From NCBI GenBank assembly GCA_963787125.1, contig CAWBBV010000011.1, positions 96,001 to 160,000 on the forward strand: a DNA stretch of 64,000 bases, given 5' to 3'. Position 1 is the first letter of the stretch. Each line of letters begins with the position of its first letter. The translations under genes were made by a program, and so were the position numbers. Of the stretch, positions 18,972 to 28,239 are shown in pieces. The notes below the pieces were generated by a model, which was given only the letters and a program-made list of their open reading frames with translations, was not told the DNA's origin and ran no database searches. This DNA comes from an uncultured delta proteobacterium (GTDB taxonomy: Bacteria > Desulfobacterota > Desulfuromonadia > Geobacterales > DSM-12255).

Positions 18972-19143
18972 CAAAAATCCCCCTGACTGTTTTATGGAAA
19001 ATTAAACTGCGAAAACCTGAATAAATTATTTTAGGTAAACTAAAATTATTTAGTTATTTTAGATAGTTACGCTATCAAACACAGCGCATAAAAACAGACT
19101 AAAGGCAAATTGTCAATAAGAAATGAAGAGCGCACTGTCAGGA

Positions 19144-19171
19144 TTGAAAATATGCTTCGCTTGTGTATAAT
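19144..19171 (+). promoter_or_regulatory. Putative sigma70 promoter for the foldase gene
   Basis: TTGAAA-16 bp-TATAAT. Confidence 0.55.
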
Positions 19172-19257
19172 GGAGCGCGGTTTCATATCCAAAAAAGCTG
19201 ATTCTGGCTCTGGTTGATGACGCAACCATGAAAGCTTTACTTAAAAAGGAGAAGTTA

Positions 19258-20343
19258 ATGCGTAAAAGTATGTCTGTTTATTTCATCTGTCTCGGCGTTG
19301 CAGCTCTTCTTGCCGGGGGGTGTGCCGGTGAAAAGAGCGTCGTCAAAAGCGATCCGGCACCAGTGGCGCTCAAGGAAGCTCCTGTAGTGCAAGAGGCGGC
19401 TGTCAAAACCACTGAATCTGCTAAAGCGCCTAAACCTGTTGTAACGCCAGCCACATCTCCGGATGACACAGTTGCAAAGGTCGGCTCTACCACCATTACC
19501 CGCAAAGAGCTTGATAGAGCTTTCAATGTTCTTGTCGCCCAGAACAGGATTCAACCCGGGTCGACACCAGAAGCAGTCAAGGAGGCTCAGAAAGCTGCCC
19601 TCGACCAACTTATCTTTGCGGACCTCATCTATCAGCAAGGTCTGAAAACAGCTCCGGCAGACCTGGAAAAGCAGGTTGAATTCAAAATGGCGCAGAATAA
19701 GGGTAAATTCGGGTCACCAGCTGAATTTGAAGCTGCCCTGAAAGATTCCGGCGTTACGGAAAAGGATCTCGTCGAGATAAGCCGTAAAGATATCGTCATC
19801 TCTCACTATATAGAGACTAACATAACCCCTTCCATAGCCGTAAGCGATGAGGAAATCAAAAAATTCTACGATGAAAATAAAGCCGGACTTGCTGAAGAGT
19901 CACAGATCAAGGCAAGTCACATCCTTATAGGGGTGGATTCTTCGGCAACACCAGAGGTCAAGGCAAAGGCTAAGGCTAAGGCTGAAGGCATCCTTAAAGA
20001 GCTGAAAAACGGCAAGGATTTTGCTGAAGCTGCCAAGGCGGATTCGACCTGCCCAAGCAAGGATCAGGGTGGCGATCTCGGCTTCTTTGGGAAAGGCCAG
20101 ATGGTTCCGGCATTCGAGCAGGTCGCCTTTTCTCTCAATCCCGGCGAAATCAGCGATGTTGTTGAAACCCAGTTCGGCTACCACATAATCAAGCTTATTG
20201 AGAAAAAAGGCGCCGAGCCACCGAAACTTGATGAGCTCAAAGAGAAAATAGCTGTTTTCCTGAAAGGGCAAAAAACGCAGAAAGCTGTTTTTGATTATGT
20301 CACTAAATTGCGGAAAGAGACTAAAGTAGAGATCCTGCTATAG
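19258..20343 (+). CDS. PpiC/parvulin-type peptidyl-prolyl isomerase lipoprotein (SurA/PrsA-like)
   Basis: Lipobox AGGC, IKASHILI, GGDLGFFGKGQMVPAFE, VETQFGYHIIK; AAGGAG RBS. Confidence 0.92.
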   Translation: MRKSMSVYFICLGVAALLAGGCAGEKSVVKSDPAPVALKEAPVVQEAAVKTTESAKAPKPVVTPATSPDDTVAKVGSTTITRKELDRAFNVLVAQNRIQPGSTPEAVKEAQKAALDQLIFADLIYQQGLKTAPADLEKQVEFKMAQNKGKFGSPAEFEAALKDSGVTEKDLVEISRKDIVISHYIETNITPSIAVSDEEIKKFYDENKAGLAEESQIKASHILIGVDSSATPEVKAKAKAKAEGILKELKNGKDFAEAAKADSTCPSKDQGGDLGFFGKGQMVPAFEQVAFSLNPGEISDVVETQFGYHIIKLIEKKGAEPPKLDELKEKIAVFLKGQKTQKAVFDYVTKLRKETKVEILL

Positions 20344-20360
20344 CAATACCACAAACTGTA

Positions 20361-20403
20361 AAACAGACTGAGCCCGGAAAGATTTTCCGGGCTCAGTCTG
20401 TTT
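20361..20403. terminator. Bidirectional terminator, perfect 20 bp stem
   Basis: AAACAGACTGAGCCCGGAAA-GAT-TTTCCGGGCTCAGTCTGTTT between convergent genes. Confidence 0.85.
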
Positions 20404-20420
20404 CGGAACTATCTCCCTGC

Positions 20421-20933
20421 TTACGCTGCGGTTGCCGGCGGCACAAAGACCCTCACACCAAGCTCCTTGTCGAGCATTAGCAGTCCATAGCCGTTGTCGC
20501 CTATCATCTTCAGCTTGCCCAGAATCTCGCGATCATTCTCCTCTTCCTCTATCTGCTCGGTAATAAACCACTGCAAAAAGATCTGGGTGGCATGGTCCTT
20601 CTCCTTGACGCTCAGCTCCGTCAATTCGTTGATACATTTGGTAATAAACTGCTCATGCTGCAGCGTCTGCTGGAAGCAATCAAGCAGCATCGGGAAACTG
20701 CTGGCAGGCTTGGCCATCTTGTCGACAATCGCCTGTTCCCCCTGGCTATTTATGTACGTGTAAAACTTCATGAAGTGGACCATCTCTTCCTGATACTGGA
20801 CATTGAACCAGTTGGCCACCCCTTTAAACCCCATTTCATTGGCAGCCGAGGACATGTTCAGGTAGAGGTATGCCGAAAAAAGCTCAGTATTCATATGCTT
20901 GTTAAGTGCCGTGTAGACTGTTTTTGAAAGCAT
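20421..20933 (-). CDS. ftnA: Non-heme ferritin
   Basis: ELFSAYLYL, QYQEEMVH, HEQFIT, FLQWFITEQIEEE ferroxidase motifs. Confidence 0.92.
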   Translation of the reverse strand: MLSKTVYTALNKHMNTELFSAYLYLNMSSAANEMGFKGVANWFNVQYQEEMVHFMKFYTYINSQGEQAIVDKMAKPASSFPMLLDCFQQTLQHEQFITKCINELTELSVKEKDHATQIFLQWFITEQIEEEENDREILGKLKMIGDNGYGLLMLDKELGVRVFVPPATAA

Positions 20934-21118
20934 TGCTTTCCTCCTTAAAAATTATTTTTCTACAAGCTCCATCAAAGTACCGCCATGAATAAAAGTAGCA
21001 CAACAAGCGCTATTTCTCCATAGCCGTATTTTGTTCTGTTAACCATACAACAAATTTGAATCACGTCAATCTCGCTACTTCTTGCCAGCAAGAAGTAATC
21101 CATGTTAATAATTACACC

Positions 21119-22492
21119 ATGAAAGATAAACCTGCAATTCTGCTGATAGATGACGAAGAGGGGAGCAGGCAAGCGCTCACCCTTTTGCTTAAAGCCAACT
21201 ATAATGTCACCGGTTCGGCAAGCGGCCATGAAGCCAGGCAAAGACTGGCAGCAGATAAATTTGACATTGTCATCACCGATCTGCGCCTCCCGGACTGCAG
21301 CGGCATCGACCTCCTCAAACAGATCAAGAGCTACCATCCGGCAACGGAGGTCGTCCTGATAACCGGTCACGCCTCAGCAGAAACCGCGGTAAGCGCCATG
21401 AAAGAGGGGGCATTTGACTACATCACCAAACCGCTCAATATGGACGAGCTGCGGATCATCCTTGCGAAAGCTCTTGAGAAGCGCCGCCTGCTTACAGAAA
21501 ATATCTACCTGAAGAAACAACTCCGGGAGAAGTACGGTTTTGCCAACATCATCGGCAACTCCCCGGCGATGCAGAATGTTTTCAGACTCATGCAACGAAT
21601 CATCAAAACCGACTCTACCATTCTTATCATGGGAGAATCGGGTACCGGCAAAGAGATCGTCGCCAAATCGATCCACTTTAACAGCCCCAGACAGGACAAG
21701 CCTTTCGTCGCCGTCCACTGCGGAGCAATACCGGAAACACTGCTTGAAAGCGAGCTTTTCGGTCATGCCAAAGGCGCCTTTACCGGAGCGATCAAGGAAA
21801 AGATCGGCAAGTTTGAAAGCGCCCACCACGGCACTATCTTTCTCGATGAAATCGGCACCATGCCGCTGCACCTGCAGATCAAACTTCTCCGCGTCCTTCA
21901 GGAGCAGGAGATTGAGCGGGTCGGCTCCAATACAACGGTCAAACTTGATGTAAGGGTTATCGCAGCAACAAACCTTTCACTGGAAAATGAGGTTAAAAAC
22001 GGTCGTTTCAGGGAAGATCTTTTTTACCGGCTCAATGTTATTCCGCTGATTGTCCCCCCCTTAAGAGAGCGCAAAGAGGATATCGTCCCGCTTACCCGTT
22101 TTTTCCTGACTAAATACTGCCTGGAGATGAAACGAACCCCCATGAATATGACCAGACAGGCTCTTGAAGCACTGGAACTCTATGAATGGCCGGGAAACGT
22201 CCGTGAACTGGAAAATGCTATCGAGCGACTGGTAGCCCTGACAGAGACCGATGCGGTCCATATCGCCGATCTCCCTGACAGCATCGGCAGGCAGCATGGC
22301 AGCATGGTCTCTTTCAGTTACGAAATCAGCGAAAACGGCATGGATCTGGCTGCAGCGGTCAGCGAAATGGAGGCAAAAATCATCACTCGCGCCCTTGTCG
22401 GATGCGACGGGGTCAAATCCAGAGCAGCAGCCCTTCTGAAGATGAACCGGACAACGCTGGTGGAAAAGATGAAGCGCCTGGGGGTTGAGTGA
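21119..22492 (+). CDS. Sigma-54-dependent response regulator (REC-AAA+-HTH), FleQ/FlrA-like HTH
   Basis: REC domain, GESGTGKE, GAFTGA, FREDLFYRLNV, WPGNVRELEN, C-terminal NRTTLVEKMK. Confidence 0.93.
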   Translation: MKDKPAILLIDDEEGSRQALTLLLKANYNVTGSASGHEARQRLAADKFDIVITDLRLPDCSGIDLLKQIKSYHPATEVVLITGHASAETAVSAMKEGAFDYITKPLNMDELRIILAKALEKRRLLTENIYLKKQLREKYGFANIIGNSPAMQNVFRLMQRIIKTDSTILIMGESGTGKEIVAKSIHFNSPRQDKPFVAVHCGAIPETLLESELFGHAKGAFTGAIKEKIGKFESAHHGTIFLDEIGTMPLHLQIKLLRVLQEQEIERVGSNTTVKLDVRVIAATNLSLENEVKNGRFREDLFYRLNVIPLIVPPLRERKEDIVPLTRFFLTKYCLEMKRTPMNMTRQALEALELYEWPGNVRELENAIERLVALTETDAVHIADLPDSIGRQHGSMVSFSYEISENGMDLAAAVSEMEAKIITRALVGCDGVKSRAAALLKMNRTTLVEKMKRLGVE

Positions 22493-22746
22493 TAACATGT
22501 AAAATTTTACCAGATCTTCTCCCTTCCAGCTAATCCTAACGGCGTTTTAATTTTAATATTAGTTTTATTGACAACCACCAACAATACCATTAATATCCCG
22601 CCGTACATTAGAAATATTCCCAAAACACACACCATAATATTCCGTAAGATTAGATACTTATCAATTTAATTCATATTTTTTAATTAAGCTGAAACGTCTT
22701 GCTAAAATCAATTCGTCATCAGCCAAAACCAAAGGAGGAAGTAAAC

Positions 22747-23678
22747 ATGAAGAAGATTGTTTTAATGTTAGCACTGGGATTACTGGCGGCATGCGGGGGA
22801 AGCGGGGGGGGGGAACACCGGTAACCGGAGCTAATGGGACACCGGCAACCGGCAACACACCTTACCAGACAACAACCTTGAATATAATAGTCAAGGATAC
22901 AGCCAAATCGGCACCTACGCCGACTACAAGCTTAAAACACATGCGCAGACTGATGGTCACATGTCCGAGTATCGTAGACGACCAAAACAGAATAGTTCAG
23001 TTTACAACGCCCGCTGACTTCATGATAGGTCCAGGCGCCCCCGCCGCCCCCGCCAGTTTAACAGTGCCTGTTGCAAACAATTGCGCCATTGAACTTCTCG
23101 ATTACGATGTTGTTGGCAATGGCTTCTCAAATTACACCAGCGTCTGGACCGAAACGCTAACCAATGGAACATTTAAAAACCACTCTACGCCAATAGCTGC
23201 AACTGAAACCATTACCAAGCCTTACTCATTGGTAAAATATGCACGTCAAGTCATGAGCATAGTGGCAGGAGGCCCCAATACTGTCACTTTACAAACTGGC
23301 ACCGTTACAGCACCAGTTACAAATGTTCCCGCTATCACCGCCAATATGACTAGCGCTGGCACCAACACTTGCACTATCGGCGCGACTATTCCCGTAACGA
23401 CACCTTTCGATCCTGCGAATTGGCAGTACACGAGGGGCTATACCGCAAATCTCGCATCAGGCAATTTAAGCCCGAAAATCACAACAGCTTCATCTACACT
23501 GACATCACCATTGGCTTTTTACAATAGAGCTCTACAAACCGAATACTTCGTAGGGTTTAAATTTTTCCTTAAAGATTCACTAATTCGTACAACAGATGCC
23601 GGCGCATTCTATCTGGTTATACCGCCAGCATCAGTGTCATTAAATTCAGACACATTCACCATACCTCCATATCAATAA
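22747..23678 (+). pseudogene. Thr/Pro-rich lipoprotein gene frameshifted at a G10 tract (phase-variable, pseudogene or read error)
   Basis: AAAGGAGG RBS, ATG 22747 gives MKKIVLMLALGLLAACGGSGGG then stops at 22822-22824; the long ORF to 23678 is in another frame; G11 or G8 at 22804-22813 joins them. Confidence 0.8.
22804..22813 (+). repeat. G10 homopolymer at the frameshift site
   Basis: agc-gggggggggg-aacaccg. Confidence 0.95.
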
Positions 23679-23690
23679 ATCTCAATAGTT

Positions 23691-23719
23691 AAGGCGGGGA
23701 GAATGCTCCCCGCCTTTTT
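23691..23719. terminator. Rho-independent terminator between convergent genes
   Basis: AAGGCGGGGAG-AATG-CTCCCCGCCTT then T run. Confidence 0.85.
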
Positions 23720-23726
23720 ATTCACC

Positions 23727-24233
23727 TCAACAATCAAACCCATCCGGATCATTCTCCCGCGGAACCACACCCCACTCCATTGCAACCTGATCAAAATCGG
23801 CGATCTTCTCCAGTGGCACTTTCATATACCTGCCCCGGGCAAGCACGGCAATGCTGTCGTCAGGAAGGATGATCTCCCCTGTTCCGGAAAAGATCCGGCT
23901 GTTCTGCTCCGTTATCCGGCCGATAACCCGCAGTTCGACCTCCAGGGGAAGCGGTTTTTTGTATTCGACGGTCAACTCAAGAGTTACCCCCCAGACCTGC
24001 GCTTCACTACCGATCATTATCGCCCGCCCTATCGTCTCATCAAGGATCGTGGCGGCTATCCCGCCGTGAAGTCTGCCCGGGTAACTCTGGTGTACTTCCC
24101 CGGGGGTAAAGGTTGCCACAAGCGCCCCGTCATCGGTTTCGTAAAAAAATGCTTGCAGACCAGCCACGTTCTTGAGGCCGCAGACAAAGCACATCTTTGA
24201 ATTGTGCTGCTTTTTAGTAACTTTTCGTTTCAT
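23727..24233 (-). CDS. PaaI-family hotdog-fold thioesterase
   Basis: CFVCGLKNVAGL, HQSYPGRLHGGIAATILDETIG. Confidence 0.88.
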   Translation of the reverse strand: MKRKVTKKQHNSKMCFVCGLKNVAGLQAFFYETDDGALVATFTPGEVHQSYPGRLHGGIAATILDETIGRAIMIGSEAQVWGVTLELTVEYKKPLPLEVELRVIGRITEQNSRIFSGTGEIILPDDSIAVLARGRYMKVPLEKIADFDQVAMEWGVVPRENDPDGFDC

Positions 24234-24298
24234 AATCTCCACTCTTGCTTTTTTATAGCGGCTCTCTATAATTCCAGACTCTTGCTGAGGATGCCACT

Positions 24299-25408
24299 AT
24301 GCCTGCAAACTGTTTACCCCAGATAAACTGGATAAGTGCGTTAACGAAGCTATTTTCTGCCAGAAAAGCGCAGAAAACAACTTCTAACTTACTAACAGTT
24401 CCATCACTGAAGTTATGGGGGGTGGTAATAATCTGCTCTTTCTCCGTTTGCGCTTTTTTGGGGGCAAGCTGGGAACAGCGGTTTATTTCGGCTCGGCCGG
24501 GCGTACTGCTACGCGCCGCTTCCCAGCAAACACCACAGATACAGATCTCAAAACAAGGCGCCAAATCCCAGGCATCCCAGAGGATAAGAGAAACTGGCGG
24601 CGTGCTGGCGGCGGACTATGGTTTCACCAATTTTAACAACGACCAACTGGCCCTCACCTTTTCAATCCCGTCCAGAGAACTTGCCTCTTACCGCCTTGAA
24701 TACGGTTTCACAGCTGCAGAAAGAGCCGCAATCGACCAGTGGCAGAAAACAGCCATTGAAGATGCTTACAAAGCTGCGGTAAAAAACCGCCAAAGCCAGG
24801 CGCAGCTCAATAGCGCCGGCGAGAAGATCGCAGCAGAGTACAGAACAAGGCTGGTGAATTTTTATCGGTCGCGGGGATTTGCACTGCTGGAAGGGAATAT
24901 GCTCGTTGCCGACATCCCGGAAATTGTCAGGAGAAACGTCAGAAAAGTTAAAAGTGTGGCGCTTTCAATCAATAGCTCAGCGGAGAGACTCGGTTACGAT
25001 TCCGACAGTATCATTGCCGCCGCTATCTCGTTTATTCAGACAGCAGTTTTATATGAAAATGTCCCGATGGAGATCAAAGGCCGACAGACGGGTGGGGTTT
25101 ATCCGCCGCTGGAAACTCTGGCCGCCGGCAAAGGTGACTGCGATACCAAAAGCGGGCTACTCGGCTCAATTCTCCTTAATTGGGACAGAATCAAGGTAGT
25201 AGGGGTCGGTGTTCCCGGACATTACCTTGTCGGCATTCTCAGAAATCCGGCAAAAGGGGATGTCTTTGTCGAGTATAAAGGTGCACGTTACGTTCTGGCT
25301 GAACCGGCAGGACCAGGATGGCTCCCGCTAGGCACCGTGGACAAAAGAACCCTGGCACTACTGAGTGCCAACGACAAAGTTAAAATAGAGCCTTTCACAG
25401 CCAATTGA
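24299..25408 (+). CDS. Membrane-anchored or exported transglutaminase-like (papain-fold) protein
   Basis: GDCDTKS Cys motif, VPGHYLVGI His, YVLAEPAG acidic residue; hydrophobic stretch at aa ~39-56; start uncertain because the N-terminus runs through repeat copy 1. Confidence 0.7.
   Translation: MPANCLPQINWISALTKLFSARKAQKTTSNLLTVPSLKLWGVVIICSFSVCAFLGASWEQRFISARPGVLLRAASQQTPQIQISKQGAKSQASQRIRETGGVLAADYGFTNFNNDQLALTFSIPSRELASYRLEYGFTAAERAAIDQWQKTAIEDAYKAAVKNRQSQAQLNSAGEKIAAEYRTRLVNFYRSRGFALLEGNMLVADIPEIVRRNVRKVKSVALSINSSAERLGYDSDSIIAAAISFIQTAVLYENVPMEIKGRQTGGVYPPLETLAAGKGDCDTKSGLLGSILLNWDRIKVVGVGVPGHYLVGILRNPAKGDVFVEYKGARYVLAEPAGPGWLPLGTVDKRTLALLSANDKVKIEPFTAN
24315..24395. repeat. Dispersed ~81 bp structured repeat, copy 1
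   Basis: taccccagataaactggataagtgcgttaacgaagctattttctgccagaaaagcgcagaaaacaacttctaacttactaa; 66/81 identical to copy 2 by hand count. Confidence 0.9.
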
Positions 25409-25410
25409 CC

Positions 25411-25491
25411 CAACCCTGACAAACAGGATACGTGCGTTAACAAAGTTATTTTCTGCCTTAAACGCGCAGAAAATACCCTCTAACTTCCTAA
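25411..25491. repeat. Dispersed ~81 bp structured repeat, copy 2
   Basis: caaccctgacaaacaggatacgtgcgttaacaaagttattttctgccttaaacgcgcagaaaataccctctaacttcctaa. Confidence 0.9.
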
Positions 25492-25503
25492 GGAGTGTAA
25501 AAA

Positions 25504-26055
25504 ATGTTTTTCATCCAACTGATGGTAAGCCTGTTCGAACTTGTCCTGATGGTGGTCATGTCCGGCGTCATTATCTACGCAATCTACCGGATGTTCATAA
25601 AAGCCAACAAAGATTTTGACATGGAAGAGGCGATAGCCGAGGGGAATGTTGCTGTCGGCATACTGGTATCGACCATAATGGTGTCCGCTGCACTGCTGCT
25701 CGAAAAAGGGCTGGCCGCGTCGGTGAGCATGTTTAAAATCTCCATATCGGCACCCGATGAGATATCTCTACCGCTGTGGCAAATCGGCCTGTTGACGTTG
25801 TGCCACCTGATCCTTACCCTTGCCATTGCCCTGTTCACCGTCTCGGCAACCCTGCGACTCTTCGGCAAAATGGCTCGTGGCATAAATCCGCAGATGAAGC
25901 TCGGTGAGCATCTCAAAAAAGGGAATGTCGCTGTTGGAATCCTTCTGGCTGCGGTTGTCTTCATTGCCACACATTACGTCGGTGAAGGGGTAAGCTCCCT
26001 GACCAAAGCGCTGGTGCCGCAACCGAAAATCGGGAAAATTGAAATCATGAAGTGA
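25504..26055 (+). CDS. DUF350 (YjfL/UPF0719-like) inner-membrane protein
   Basis: Two copies of the motif EEAIAEGNVAVGIL / EHLKKGNVAVGIL, four hydrophobic segments. Confidence 0.8.
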   Translation: MFFIQLMVSLFELVLMVVMSGVIIYAIYRMFIKANKDFDMEEAIAEGNVAVGILVSTIMVSAALLLEKGLAASVSMFKISISAPDEISLPLWQIGLLTLCHLILTLAIALFTVSATLRLFGKMARGINPQMKLGEHLKKGNVAVGILLAAVVFIATHYVGEGVSSLTKALVPQPKIGKIEIMK

Positions 26056-26919
26056 TCAGAAATATTTCCCTACCAGAATATCCAGATCGGCTTTTGTACT
26101 TTCAGGAATCACTCTTCGGTCGGTAATAACGGCAAACTGCATGGCAGAAGCGCACGAGCAGCTTCTTTCAGCAGAGATACTGTTTACCGCCAGGCGAATG
26201 ATATTTTTCGCCATGGCAACATTCTGATGGATTATCTTGATGATCGCCTCGACAGTCACATCTTCATGGGAGTTATGCCAGCAGTCGTAATCTGTTGACA
26301 GGGCAATAATGCCGTAGCAGATCTCTGCCTCCCTTGCCAGCTTGGCTTCTGTCAGGTTGGTCATGCCGATGACAGAGGCTTCAAGCCCTCTATACATGAA
26401 CGACTCAGCCCTGGTTGAAAAAGCCGGCCCTTCCATGCAGATATAGGTTCCACCCCGGTGAACGGTCGCTCCGGCGCTTCTGGCAGCACTCTCCAGCGTA
26501 GCAGAGAGGCAGGGGCAGACCGGATCGGCAAAACCGGCATGGGCAACAACACCATTGCCAAAGAAGGTATCCTTGCGCACCCCTTTTGTTCTGTCGATGA
26601 ACTGATCCGGAATGACGATATGCCCCGGCACGATCTCCTCTTTAAGGCTCCCGACCGCAGAAACAGAGATGATCTGCTCTACCCCGAGTTTTTTCATCCC
26701 ATAAATATTCGCCCGGTAGTTGACTTCAGAAGGGAGGAGACGATGCCCTCTGCCGTGACGGGGGAGAAACACCATTTTCACGCCGTTCATGACTCCGGTT
26801 ATGTAGAGGTCTGAAGGCTCGCCAAACGGCGTTGCCACAGCCTCCTCCCTCACCTCTGCAAGCCCTTCCATCTCATAAAGCCCGCTGCCACCAATAACAC
26901 CGATTACCTTTTCAGACAT
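26056..26919 (-). CDS. mtnP: S-methyl-5'-thioadenosine phosphorylase
   Basis: IGVIGGSGLY, FLPRHGRGH, CMEGPAFSTRAES, STDYDCW. Confidence 0.95.
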   Translation of the reverse strand: MSEKVIGVIGGSGLYEMEGLAEVREEAVATPFGEPSDLYITGVMNGVKMVFLPRHGRGHRLLPSEVNYRANIYGMKKLGVEQIISVSAVGSLKEEIVPGHIVIPDQFIDRTKGVRKDTFFGNGVVAHAGFADPVCPCLSATLESAARSAGATVHRGGTYICMEGPAFSTRAESFMYRGLEASVIGMTNLTEAKLAREAEICYGIIALSTDYDCWHNSHEDVTVEAIIKIIHQNVAMAKNIIRLAVNSISAERSCSCASAMQFAVITDRRVIPESTKADLDILVGKYF

Positions 26920-26920
26920 A

Positions 26921-27961
26921 TTACCCCTCTTTCATTGGATTGATCTGCTCCAGTCGACCTTTGAGCTGCCCACAGGCAGCTGAAATATCTCCGCCTCTGC
27001 TATCTCTGGTAATAACAGTTACATGCCGGTCTATCAGATATTTATGAAACGCGTCAATCGCGGCTCTGGTCGGAGCCTTGAAATCACACCCTTCATGCTC
27101 GTTGAACGGAATAAGATTCACCTTGTTGGGGATGTCGCTGATGAGCCTGAGCAGCCTTCTGGCATCATCGAGAGAATCATTCATCCCGCCGATCATGACG
27201 TACTCGATAGTGATTTTTCTGCTCGCAGGGAGTGGGAACTCCCGACAGGCTTTAAGCAGCTCACTCAGTGGATATTTACGATTCACCGGCATTATCCGGT
27301 TGCGAAGCTCATCAGTTGTAGCATTGAGAGAGACTGCCAGGTTGACGGTTACGCGCCTGCCAAGCTCGGCCATTTGTGGCACCAGCCCACAGGTTGAAAC
27401 TGTGATCCGGCGATTGGAGAGCTGCAGACCGTTGCCGTCGAGCATTATCTCTATTGTCCGCACCAGGTTTTCCAGGTTCTGCAGCGGCTCACCCATCCCC
27501 ATAAAAACGATGTTGCGGATCTCTGCATCACGCTTGGCAGCAGTGAGCTGATTGATAATCTCAGCTGTCGTCAGGTTTCTCTTGAGTTTGAACGTCCCGG
27601 TAAGGCAGAATTCACAAGCCATTGCACAGCCGACCTGTGTGGAGATACAGAGAGTATTTCTCCCTTCATCAGGGATAAGTACAGATTCGACCGATTCACC
27701 ATCTTCAAGGGTAAAAAGATATTTCCTGACGCCGTCACCCCCCTCCTCTACTGCTGTGGGATGAAGATCGCTGATATAAGCGATGCTCTCGAGCTCGGCC
27801 CTGAACGCCTTGGAAAGATTTGACATCTCTGCAAACGAAAGCGCTCCCAGCTGATAGATCCATTTGAATATCTGGGTGGCGCGAAAACGCTCTTTCCCTT
27901 TGCCGGAAAGAAACTGTTCCAGTTCACGCAGATTGAAGTTTTTGAGGTCGACTTTTTGCAT
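26921..27961 (-). CDS. rlmN: 23S rRNA/tRNA m2A methyltransferase (radical SAM)
   Basis: [31 protein letters not shown]. Confidence 0.97.
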   Translation of the reverse strand: MQKVDLKNFNLRELEQFLSGKGKERFRATQIFKWIYQLGALSFAEMSNLSKAFRAELESIAYISDLHPTAVEEGGDGVRKYLFTLEDGESVESVLIPDEGRNTLCISTQVGCAMACEFCLTGTFKLKRNLTTAEIINQLTAAKRDAEIRNIVFMGMGEPLQNLENLVRTIEIMLDGNGLQLSNRRITVSTCGLVPQMAELGRRVTVNLAVSLNATTDELRNRIMPVNRKYPLSELLKACREFPLPASRKITIEYVMIGGMNDSLDDARRLLRLISDIPNKVNLIPFNEHEGCDFKAPTRAAIDAFHKYLIDRHVTVITRDSRGGDISAACGQLKGRLEQINPMKEG

Positions 27962-28239
27962 AATGCCCCTTTAAGCCGTCGGAATAGACTAATTGTTACA
28001 GCTTTCATGGCAAGAACGGCATAAGAAGTCGTAACGAAACAACAGCAATATGTAACCGTTATTTCGTAACAGCTCCTTAGAGAAATTGCATACTAAGACA
28101 AACAGAAGCGGCTATCAAGTGAAAGAAGCTTAAGCCAAGGCACGCTGATTGACAACTAACTGTAATTCTGTTACTTAATCCATGTTTGCTAATTTCTTCC
28201 AATCTGCCCTGAACAGCGTGACTTCAGGAAGGTGACATT

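Noticed and set aside
17724..18986. 420 aa ORF on + strand
   Set aside because: Antisense shadow of pyc
20934..21118. Fur box upstream of ferritin
   Set aside because: Only a generic AT-rich near-palindrome (AAAAATTATTTTT); no convincing GATAATGATAATCATTATC match
22791..22813. ORF-track start MRGKRGGG
   Set aside because: No RBS; it is an out-of-frame reading of the lipobox region of the gene starting at 22747
28138..28153. Sigma-54 promoter AGGCACGCTGATTGAC upstream of the TPR gene
   Set aside because: The -12 element is GA rather than GC and overlaps a TTGACA that fits a sigma70 -35 better
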